DNA from: Trichormus sp. ATA11-4-KO1 | Lineage (GTDB): Bacteria > Cyanobacteriota > Cyanobacteriia > Cyanobacteriales > Nostocaceae | Assembly (NCBI GenBank): GCA_019358915.1 | Contig: JAHHIM010000036.1 | Location: 32,001 to 96,000 of the forward strand | Direction of reading: 5' to 3' | Length of the DNA: 64,000 nucleotides | Shown: positions 41,649 to 50,277 of the stretch, piece by piece | Layout of the letters: every line of letters starts with the position of its first letter | Numbering within the stretch: position 1 is the first letter of the stretch | The notes under the pieces: model-generated | Database searches by the model: none | The model's input: the letters and a program-made list of their open reading frames with translations, nothing else | Told to the model about the DNA's origin: nothing | Translations under genes and position numbers: made by a program

Positions 41649-43685
41649 ATGATCTGCTGCTTAAATCCCGATTGCCCAAATCCCCTAAATCCCGACAGAA
41701 AGAAGTTATGCCAAACTTGTAGCACCCCGTTGGTGCCACTTTTGCGAAATCGCTTCCGTGTCATCCGGGTACTTTCTGATGAGGGGGGATTTGGCAGAAC
41801 CTATTTATCTGAAGATACAGATAAATTAAATGAACGTTGTGTTATCAAGCAATTAGCGCCGAAGTTTCAAGGAACTTGGTCGCAAAAGAAAGCCGTAGAG
41901 TTGTTTGCTGAAGAAGCAAAGCGATTGCAAGAACTCGGAGAACATCCACAAATACCAACTCTGTTAGCTTACTTTGAGCAAGATAACTGCCTATATTTGG
42001 TACAACAATTTGTGAATGGGCAGAACTTGTTAAAGGAGTTGCAGCATCGGAAACCCTATAGACCTGGGGAAATTCAGGCAATTTTGCTGCATTTATTGCC
42101 TGTGCTCAAATTTATTCACGATCGCGGTGTAATTCATCGAGATATCAAACCAGAAAATATTATCCGTCGTCATGGTGATGGGCGATTAAGTCTGATAGAT
42201 TTTGGTTCTTCTAAGCAATTAACGGCAAGAGTACAAAATAAAATTGGCACATCAATTGGTTCTCACGGTTATTCGCCCTTGGAACAAATCAGAGATGGTA
42301 AAGCTTACCCAGCTAGTGATTTGTTTGGTTTGGGGGCTACGTGCTTTCATTTGCTAACAGGAGTTTCTCCTTTTCAGTTGTGGATGGAATATGGATATGG
42401 CTGGGTAACTAATTGGCGGCAATATTTGCGAACTCCATTGAGTACTGATTTGGATTATGTTCTCGATAGGCTGTTGAGAAAAGATATCCAGCAGCGTTAC
42501 CAGTCGGCGGATGAAGTCATTAAAGACTTGACTCCCAAACAACCATTAGCACTACCACCAGCAGGTAAGTCTTCTGGCAAAATCCCAGTAACTCAAAGTC
42601 CAGCTTTACCAGTTAGATATACCGTACTGAAAAATCTAGTCTTGGTAAGTGCTTTGATTCTGTTATTCGGAGTTGGAGATTCTTGGTATCAGCAATATCG
42701 CCGGATTCAGACTATTTTATTTTCTAGGCTAAGTCAGCATAATAGTAGTTCAGGTACGGGCGAAGCTGTTTTAGATCAGTCGCCAAGTATGACCTTAAAG
42801 AACATTTCTTTAGCTAAGTCCCTGAAAGGTCATGAAAACTTGGTATTATCTGTGACTATTAGCCCCGATAGCCAGATTCTTGCCAGCAGTGGCGATCGCA
42901 CTATTAAAGTATGGAATCTCGCCACAGGACAAGCCATATCTATCCTCAAAGGGCATTCCCAAAGGGTAAATGTGGTAGCCATTAGCCCAGATGGACGCAC
43001 CCTGGTTAGTGGTAGTGATGACAAAACCATTAAAGTATGGGATTTGCCGACTAATCGGTTAGTCCGCACCTTGAGGGGGCATTCCGACTCAATTCAAGCG
43101 CTAGCCATCAGCCCGAACGGTGTGACTCTGGCTAGTGGTAGCGATGATCACATGATTAAAGTGTGGAATTTAGCCACGGGACAGCTGAGACGGACACTGA
43201 GAGGGCATACATCTTGGGTGCGTTCACTTGCCATCAGCCCGGATGGTGCGACTCTTGCTAGTGGTAGTTTTGACAAAACTATTAAACTGTGGAATTTAAA
43301 CAAAGCAGTTTTTATCCGTACACTTGGGGAAGATGCGGAAACGGTAACATCCGTTGCTTTTAACCCGGATGGTAAGATTTTGGCCAGTGCTAGTCGCGAT
43401 CGCACGATTAAACTGTGGAATTTAGCAACTAATCAAAAAATTCGCACACTTGCAGAAAATCCCGAAACTGTGACTTTTGTTGTCTTTAGTCCAGATAGTA
43501 CTATTCTTGCCAGTGGTAGCCGCGATCGCACAATTAAACTCTGGAATTTAGCCACAGGAGAAGAAATTCGTAAACTTGTGGGACATGCCGACACTGTAAC
43601 ATCTATTGCCATTAGCTCAGATGGCAAGACTCTAGTTAGCGGTAGTGAGGACAATACTATTAAGATTTGGCGGGTATCTCAGTAA
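41649..43685 (+). CDS. Ser/Thr protein kinase with N-terminal 4-Cys zinc ribbon, TM helix and WD40 propeller
   Basis: CLNPDC..CQTC; GGFGRTY, VIKQL, HRDIKPEN, DFG; about seven GH...SGS.D.TIK.W repeats. Confidence 0.95.
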   Translation: MICCLNPDCPNPLNPDRKKLCQTCSTPLVPLLRNRFRVIRVLSDEGGFGRTYLSEDTDKLNERCVIKQLAPKFQGTWSQKKAVELFAEEAKRLQELGEHPQIPTLLAYFEQDNCLYLVQQFVNGQNLLKELQHRKPYRPGEIQAILLHLLPVLKFIHDRGVIHRDIKPENIIRRHGDGRLSLIDFGSSKQLTARVQNKIGTSIGSHGYSPLEQIRDGKAYPASDLFGLGATCFHLLTGVSPFQLWMEYGYGWVTNWRQYLRTPLSTDLDYVLDRLLRKDIQQRYQSADEVIKDLTPKQPLALPPAGKSSGKIPVTQSPALPVRYTVLKNLVLVSALILLFGVGDSWYQQYRRIQTILFSRLSQHNSSSGTGEAVLDQSPSMTLKNISLAKSLKGHENLVLSVTISPDSQILASSGDRTIKVWNLATGQAISILKGHSQRVNVVAISPDGRTLVSGSDDKTIKVWDLPTNRLVRTLRGHSDSIQALAISPNGVTLASGSDDHMIKVWNLATGQLRRTLRGHTSWVRSLAISPDGATLASGSFDKTIKLWNLNKAVFIRTLGEDAETVTSVAFNPDGKILASASRDRTIKLWNLATNQKIRTLAENPETVTFVVFSPDSTILASGSRDRTIKLWNLATGEEIRKLVGHADTVTSIAISSDGKTLVSGSEDNTIKIWRVSQ

Positions 43686-43805
43686 TGGGCGTTGCATAAA
43701 TGCGGGATAATGCAGATGAATACAGGTATTTGCCAATACTTTAAGTAGTCATATAGTCATAGCATCTCCATCATCATGAAATAACTTTGGGTGTTGCATA
43801 TAGCT

Positions 43806-43828
43806 TGCAATTGAGTATCTCATTTGCA
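43806..43828. promoter_or_regulatory. Palindromic candidate operator upstream of cargo block 1
   Basis: TGCAATTGAG-TAT-CTCATTTGCA; diverged copy near 48794-48816. Confidence 0.45.
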
Positions 43829-44372
43829 TAATATGATTTCAAACCAAACCGCAACGGCATGAGATAGCACAGTGTGAAAAATAACCAGCTATATCGGCTT
43901 GCATTGCTTACTTTGTTCATCGTTGTCAAGTCATAAATTGCAACACATCAAATAATGTGTCTTTAGCACTTTTACCAGGTCTTAATTAGTTTTCCAAACA
44001 AAACCTTTCGATATACTATAACTATGGAAACTCAGATTGTATATGAGTTGGAAGAATCTTGTTAACTTAATACGCACACCAATCACAATTTACGTGATTA
44101 TTAGACAGAGTCATAATTGTGTCAATGGCATGGTGAAATAGCATTCTAGTTTTTAGCCAAATGAATGCATTTAAACCTGCATTTCCATTACTGCTGCTGA
44201 TATCTGCAAACATTGCCAGATACTTCTTTATAGTGTCTATGAAATGATCACAACAGTAGAAGACTGTACCTTTGTTTTTTATAAAGGTTCGTTTTGAAGT
44301 AGAAATTGGATGCTCCCGTCAGCAGTCTTATCATCACTCCAAACAAGGTATTGAACTACACATTAAATAATA

Positions 44373-45692
44373 ATGCACAAACAACCTCTCCGCATTGCTA
44401 TTTTTACAGCTCTTTATGCTCCTTTCTTGTCAGGGATTTCCATCGCAGTACATCAACGGGTTCGTTGGTTACTACAGCAAGGCCATGAAGTCTTTTTAAT
44501 TCACCCTCAAATCAATGACCAGTATCCCCAAGAAGTTCGCGATCGCCCCATGTTGGGACTAGATGAACTGCAATCTTTTCGTAAGTTTTCCGCTTATGCA
44601 TACCCCACACAACCACTGTTTTACTACAAGTCTGCTCCTGAACCCTTACACCACAGGTATTGGAGTGATACCAAGTTGCTCGAAAACTTCCAGCCTGATG
44701 TTGTGTTAGTTGAAGAAGCAACACAAATGAGAGGTTTTTACTCACTTTTTTGGGGAGGTTATGGCCGTCCTATTGGAATTGAATATGCACATCAAACAGG
44801 CACGCCAACAGTATCATTATTCCATACTGATACTGTTGCTTATATCCAATATTTCTTAGGAAGCGCATTGTCCAGTTTGATTCGCCCTATTATTCCCTTG
44901 ATCATCAAACAATTCAGCGACACTTATGACATAAATTTCTTTTGTTCTAAAGAACAGCTTGCTAAGTATAAAAAGATGAAAGTTCAACGTGGTGTCTATC
45001 TACCTTATCAAGGGGTTAATTGCCAAAAATTTCATCCTAGAAATATTTGTTACAATCCTATTCCTGATGACCACAGACCAACGATGTTATTTGTTGGACG
45101 AATTTCTCCGGAAAAGAATGTTACTCAACTATTAGACATATATCCCATCATTGCGGCAAGAATCCCTGACATCCATTTGGTAATTGTTGGTAATGGTTCC
45201 CAGAATGAAGAAATCCGTCGGCGTGCCCAAAAGTTTAAATCCGGAGTTACAGTGTGGGGTGAATCTCATGGAACAGAACTTTTAGGTTGGTTTGCTCGTG
45301 CAGATATATTTGTCAACCCCTCAGTCACCGAAAATTTTTGCACCACTAATATCGAAGCACTAGCTTCTGGAACCCCTGTCGTAGCTGCTGGTGTCCCTTC
45401 AAGTTTGGAGCAGATATTTCCTAGTGTTAATGGCTTCTTAGCAGAACCTAACAATCCAACCGATTTTGCTAACAAGGTGATCACAATTTTGTCAAACCCT
45501 GACCTCAAAGAAGAAATGTCTCAGCGTACTCGTCTCTCAATTCTAGCTTTTGATTGGTCGGCATGTATGGAAAAGTTAGAGAAAAAACTCTATCAACTTG
45601 TGGAAGCATCAAAGCCTTCGGAAGTATTATCGGTCTCGTCATTAAACAATACAAAAGGGCGTGTTGTTGTAAACACACATTCAGATCAGTAA
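44373..45692 (+). CDS. GT4 glycosyltransferase, HglT (heterocyst glycolipid synthase)-like
   Basis: GT-B motifs FVGRISPEKN and NPSVTENFCTTNIEALASGTPVV; the N-terminus PLRIAIFTxLYAPFLSGxSIAVHQRVRWLLQQGHEV resembles HglT as I recall it. Confidence 0.85.
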   Translation: MHKQPLRIAIFTALYAPFLSGISIAVHQRVRWLLQQGHEVFLIHPQINDQYPQEVRDRPMLGLDELQSFRKFSAYAYPTQPLFYYKSAPEPLHHRYWSDTKLLENFQPDVVLVEEATQMRGFYSLFWGGYGRPIGIEYAHQTGTPTVSLFHTDTVAYIQYFLGSALSSLIRPIIPLIIKQFSDTYDINFFCSKEQLAKYKKMKVQRGVYLPYQGVNCQKFHPRNICYNPIPDDHRPTMLFVGRISPEKNVTQLLDIYPIIAARIPDIHLVIVGNGSQNEEIRRRAQKFKSGVTVWGESHGTELLGWFARADIFVNPSVTENFCTTNIEALASGTPVVAAGVPSSLEQIFPSVNGFLAEPNNPTDFANKVITILSNPDLKEEMSQRTRLSILAFDWSACMEKLEKKLYQLVEASKPSEVLSVSSLNNTKGRVVVNTHSDQ

Positions 45693-45727
45693 TAATTAGT
45701 TCAAAAAATAGATAAAGGTGTGTATAA

Positions 45728-46747
45728 ATGAACATTCAAAGTAGTAAAGCAGACAAAACTGTAATTATCACAGGAGGTAACAAAGGATTAGGCTATTACT
45801 GTGCGAAAGCTATAGCAGCATCTGATCAGAATTGGCATGTAATTATTGCTAGCCGCAACAAGAACCAAGCAATTCTTTCTGTCCAAAGGTTGATAACTGA
45901 GACAGGTAACAAATCTATAGAAGCAATGCCTTTGGATCTTGCATCTTTAACATCAGTACGTACTTTTGCCAAATATTTTGCAGCAAGTAATCGCCCTCCC
46001 TTACATGCGATTGTTTGTAACGCAGCTCAACTAATTGTGACAGGCACAACTTACACAGAGGATGGATTTGAAAGCACTTTTGGTGTTAACCATCTTGGAC
46101 ATTTCTTGCTGGTTAATCTTCTACTTCAATATTTAGTTTCTCCAGCCAGAATTGTATTTGTTAGCAGCGGAATGCATGACACCAATGAGAAGGTGTATCA
46201 GATTCTGAAGAAACCTGCTTTTAAATATCGCAATGCCAAATTACTTGCATTTCCTAATCGAGTTTCCTTTGAAGAAAAGGCAAATGATTTGACAATCGGT
46301 ACCCAACGCTATGCTATTTCCAAACTTTGTAATATTCTTTGTGCCTATGAGTTATCTCATCGCCTCCAGTTGCAGGGATATAGTACCCAACAGGAGCCAA
46401 TTACCGTAAACATCTTCAATCCTGGACTCGTGCCAGGTACAGGCATAGCCCGTGACTACAACCCAATTAAGCGTTTTGCGTGGAATTTCTTGTTGCCAGG
46501 ACTTTGCCTTTTTGTACCAAACGTCAACAGTGCTAGCAAATCTGGGAAAAACCTGGCCAGACTGATTCTTGATCCAGAATTAGCAAGAGTTACAAATAAG
46601 TACTTTTTTGGACTGCGGGAATTCCCATCTTCTGAGGAATCTTATGATCGAAAAAAGGCAGCTGAATTATGGGAAACCAGCGCTGAATTGGTCAATCTCA
46701 CCCCTAATGAAACCATCCTGCGATCGCTGGAAAGTGCATTAAGTTAG
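45728..46747 (+). CDS. Short-chain dehydrogenase/reductase (POR / retinol-dehydrogenase-like)
   Basis: TGGNKGLG, DLASL, CNA, FGVNHLGHF, YxxxK (YAISK), PGLV. Confidence 0.92.
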   Translation: MNIQSSKADKTVIITGGNKGLGYYCAKAIAASDQNWHVIIASRNKNQAILSVQRLITETGNKSIEAMPLDLASLTSVRTFAKYFAASNRPPLHAIVCNAAQLIVTGTTYTEDGFESTFGVNHLGHFLLVNLLLQYLVSPARIVFVSSGMHDTNEKVYQILKKPAFKYRNAKLLAFPNRVSFEEKANDLTIGTQRYAISKLCNILCAYELSHRLQLQGYSTQQEPITVNIFNPGLVPGTGIARDYNPIKRFAWNFLLPGLCLFVPNVNSASKSGKNLARLILDPELARVTNKYFFGLREFPSSEESYDRKKAAELWETSAELVNLTPNETILRSLESALS

Positions 46748-46822
46748 TCAGGTTGTTTATTTCTTTTAATCGCTTTACTAATCGACTTGGTATAAAAGTA
46801 CCCTATCTTAACGAGGTAACTA

Positions 46823-47608
46823 ATGAAACCCGAACACAACTTTCTGGGAAATCAATCAGTCGTGAGTAACTCTATTCCTACTTTAGTCGAAGCGTCAGAG
46901 ACCCTTCCTTTAACCTGGGAGCGTATCGTTCCCAACCAGACAGCAAATGATTCGGCAAGTCAAAAGTTTCTTGATCTACATTTTGGGCGCTACAAAACTG
47001 CTGCCAGCTATGTTAGCGGTAAAAAAGTTCTAGACATTGCTTGTGGTAGTGGATACGGTAGCCAAATACTTCGGCTTGCAGGAGCAACCTCTGTAGTAGG
47101 AGTAGATGTATCTCAACAGACAATAGAATATGCCAAGAAAAATTATCAAGAAAACGATCTAGAGTTTATCTGTGCCGATGCAGAGCAGTTTGAATGGCCA
47201 GAGCGTTTCGATATTGTGACTTCGTTTGAAACTATAGAACACCTCCATAATCCTGAAAAATTTCTCAAACGCATTCATAATCTTCTGATTCCTGATGGAC
47301 TATTTCTGCTCTCTATACCACTAGGAGAGACACGTCATATGGACCCATACCACCTTCATGCATTCAATCAAGAGGAAGTGTTCGCTCTACTTAAAAAGAC
47401 AGGATTTTCAGTAGATTGGCATCGTCGGGACGAGTGTTTTTTGACTCGTTCTGAACTGCTGCGCTGGGGACAGTTATATCCAGAATCTAGCCCACCAATG
47501 AATGAACTGTTGTTTAGCCGTAGAGGATGGCGCATCATATACGACTTTGTTTTTCGTGGTGGTTTTGATATTCCTCAACTATTAGTTTCTGCTCGAAGTA
47601 TAAATTGA
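46823..47608 (+). CDS. Class I SAM-dependent methyltransferase
   Basis: H..RY, VLDIACGSGYG, GVDVS, FETIEH; pattern typical of glycan-associated methyltransferases. Confidence 0.92.
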   Translation: MKPEHNFLGNQSVVSNSIPTLVEASETLPLTWERIVPNQTANDSASQKFLDLHFGRYKTAASYVSGKKVLDIACGSGYGSQILRLAGATSVVGVDVSQQTIEYAKKNYQENDLEFICADAEQFEWPERFDIVTSFETIEHLHNPEKFLKRIHNLLIPDGLFLLSIPLGETRHMDPYHLHAFNQEEVFALLKKTGFSVDWHRRDECFLTRSELLRWGQLYPESSPPMNELLFSRRGWRIIYDFVFRGGFDIPQLLVSARSIN

Positions 47609-47817
47609 CGCAGCTTAGTCGATTAAGATTAGCATCTGATTAACCCTCATTTGTCACTTTGGGAGAATCCAATCGCTCAAATGGTTACGGTGCTTTAGTT
47701 TCCAGTTTTCGTCTATGAATTTTAGTTTCTGTTAGGAAATAAAGCCTCAAACCTGGGTTAAATCAAAGTCTCAGAATTTGGCTTCGATTATTGTTTTCCG
47801 AGAGTGACAAAACAGGG

Positions 47818-47996
47818 TTAACTAGTGATTGCACCCCTCACTAAAATAACTGTACTCTCCACACCAGAGGCGATCGCTTCAGGAATATTACCTTGAACTG
47901 TTTGCTGTAACAATCCCTCACGAGAAGCCCCTAAAACTACAACATCATAACCTTCGGTTTTCACGAGGTTAATCACTCCTTCGTCCACCGAATCAA
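47818..47996 (-). pseudogene. Diverged second copy of the CLC gene 3' end
   Basis: Aligns to 50278-50456 (offset 2460); encodes ..EGVINLVKTEGYDVVVLGASREGLLQQ..VILVRGAITS. Confidence 0.92.
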
Positions 47997-48774
47997 CTGC
48001 TAACTGGAATTTCGCCGTTTCAGTTGTGGATGGAATATGGCTATGGCTGGGTGTCGAATTGGCGACAATATTTGCGAATTCCATTGAGTAATAAATTGGA
48101 TTATGTTCTGGATAAACTATTGAGAAAAGATATCCAGCAGCGTTACCAATCAGCAGATGAAGTAATGAGAGAATTGACTCCAAAACAAGCATTAGCACTA
48201 CCGCCAGCAGATAAGTAGAACGACTTGAAAAAACCAAACTATGTGAAGTAATGTAAAAAAATTGCATTTGGTTCGTAGTAAGGACTTCAGTCCTTATTAG
48301 AGGACTAAAGTCCTCACTACAAACCTTTAATTATTCACACCATTCTACTTAAGTCTTCTGGAAAAATTCCAGTAACTCAAATTTAATCTTTACCAGTCAA
48401 ATATGCTTTACTGAAAAATTTAGTCTTGGGTGCAATGCGATCGCTGGCGATTAGCCCGGATGGTGTGACTTTGGCCAGTGGTATTTTTGATAAAACTATT
48501 AAAAATTTGGGATTTAAATAAAGCTGTTTTTATTGACACACTGGGGTCAGATGGGGAAACTGTGACATCGATTGCTTTAGTCCAGATAATATAACTCTGG
48601 TGAGTGGTGGTTGCGATCGCACGATTAAACTTTGGAATTTGGCGACAGGTAAAGAAATGCGTACATATGGGTCACGCCGATACTGTAACTTCAGTCGCTA
48701 TCAGCCCGGATGGTCAAACCCTTGTTAGCAGTAGCGAGAACAATACCATCATGATTTGGCGGGTGTCTCCGTAA
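47997..48774 (+). pseudogene. Decayed second copy of the kinase-WD40 gene 3' part
   Basis: Aligns to about 42351-42645 then about 43219-43685, with internal deletions, frameshifts and a MITE insertion. Confidence 0.92.
48214..48349. mobile_element. MITE inserted in the kinase pseudogene
   Basis: Absent from the intact gene at 42561-42575; AGTAGAA / TTCTACT ends with TA duplication; internal AGGACT..AGTCCT palindromes also seen near 12073 and 53110. Confidence 0.85.
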
Positions 48775-48851
48775 TAGGTGTTGCATATAGCTTGTAATTG
48801 AGGATCTCATTTGCGTAATATGAGTTCCAACAACAGCATAGACGTTTACCA

Positions 48852-49205
48852 ATGATTCCCATCTCAAAAATACCTTGGTTATTAGTGGCTGTATCTGCAT
48901 TTTGCAATTGCATTGGTAATGTTCTGCTCAAGCAGTCACGTTTAGGGATAAATAATTCCAACTTTCTTGTAACCATTGCTTCTCCCTGGTTTATCGCTGC
49001 GCTGATTTGTTACTGTACAGGGTTGCTTTTATCAGCTAAAGCACTTGATCAACTCCCTCTCTCTATGGTGATTCCCGCTTCTCAGGGAATTGGATTTATT
49101 TTTGTGACTTTTTTTTCCTACTGGTTATTTCATGAAAGTTTGACATTCAACCAGTTAATTGCCATAAGTTTCATTTTTGCGGGAATCGTTGTGATGACAC
49201 GTTAA
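48852..49205 (+). CDS. Small 4-TM SMR/EamA-family membrane protein
   Basis: 117 aa, four hydrophobic helices, LPLSxVxP, LFHExLT. Confidence 0.8.
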   Translation: MIPISKIPWLLVAVSAFCNCIGNVLLKQSRLGINNSNFLVTIASPWFIAALICYCTGLLLSAKALDQLPLSMVIPASQGIGFIFVTFFSYWLFHESLTFNQLIAISFIFAGIVVMTR

Positions 49206-49277
49206 TCATCGGATGTGTTCTGTTAATTCGTATTTCTTGAGCAGACAAATTTTTCACCAATCTCATCAAAAAGACAT

Positions 49278-50135
49278 ATGCAAAGTTATCAAACTACTAA
49301 GACGACGATTAATTCCCAATTCAGTTCTTCGTCTTTTCTCAAGGATTTTCCAATTATTGAAACCAAAAAGTATATTTTAAAGCTTGCTTCACCTGACGAA
49401 TTAGAATCAATTTTTCGGTTGCGATTTAAAATTTTCAATATTGAACTAGGTTTGGAAGACTCTACTGCTAATCATACTCAAATAGATCAAGACGAGTTTG
49501 ATGAAGTTTGCCATCATTTGATCCTCATCTTCAAGCAAACTGGTGAGATAATTGGAACCTATCGAATGCAAACCCATAGTATGGCTTCTCAAGCCTTGGG
49601 TTTTAGATCCGCTAAATACTTTAATCTTAATGCAATTTTTGATTCTGTACTTCAAGAAACTGTGGAACTTGGCCGTGCATGTATAGCAAAAGAATACCGG
49701 AGCATACAAGCACTTTCATTGCTTTGGCAAGGACTAGCAAATTATCTATTATGGAGTGGAAACACATATTTTTTGGGGTGTACAACTTTACCAACACAAG
49801 ATATTTCGCAAGCTCATGGTGCTTATCATTATTTTCAGCAGAATAACTTTATGCACCCAAGATTTTTGGTTTATCCAACTTCGCAATTTTTCTTAGAGCT
49901 TCCCCAATATTGTCCTAAATTAGACGAACTTAAGCTGCCGATAATCTTGCAAATATATTTAGCTAGCGGAGCTAAAATATGTAGCCTTCCTGCTATTGAC
50001 CGACTGTATAAGTGTATTGACTTTTTAACGATATTCGATAGCCAAAACTTTGCTACAGTCGGTTCGCTGATGTCAACAACTAGTTCTACCGTATCCTCTT
50101 TGGTAAAAAGAAAATTTTTCCCCAAGTTTATGTGA
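49278..50135 (+). CDS. GNAT-fold N-acyltransferase, OlsB-like
   Basis: FRLRF.IFN.E, D.DEFD..CHHL, GTYR, VELGRACI..EYRS, LLWQGL, FLGC. Confidence 0.85.
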   Translation: MQSYQTTKTTINSQFSSSSFLKDFPIIETKKYILKLASPDELESIFRLRFKIFNIELGLEDSTANHTQIDQDEFDEVCHHLILIFKQTGEIIGTYRMQTHSMASQALGFRSAKYFNLNAIFDSVLQETVELGRACIAKEYRSIQALSLLWQGLANYLLWSGNTYFLGCTTLPTQDISQAHGAYHYFQQNNFMHPRFLVYPTSQFFLELPQYCPKLDELKLPIILQIYLASGAKICSLPAIDRLYKCIDFLTIFDSQNFATVGSLMSTTSSTVSSLVKRKFFPKFM

Positions 50136-50277
50136 AATTGCGTAGGCATAGAAGGATACTGGGCTAAGTCTATAAAAAATGATACGTCATGATATAGTCC
50201 ATAAAGAACGGACAGGATGCCCATTCCACAAGATCGGATAATTTATTTTCTGGTGTTCCCCAAGATAGAGAGAATCT

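Noticed and set aside
47818..48267. 149-aa minus-strand ORF as a real gene
   Set aside because: Chimera of antisense kinase pseudogene and MITE sequence joined to the duplicated CLC 3' end
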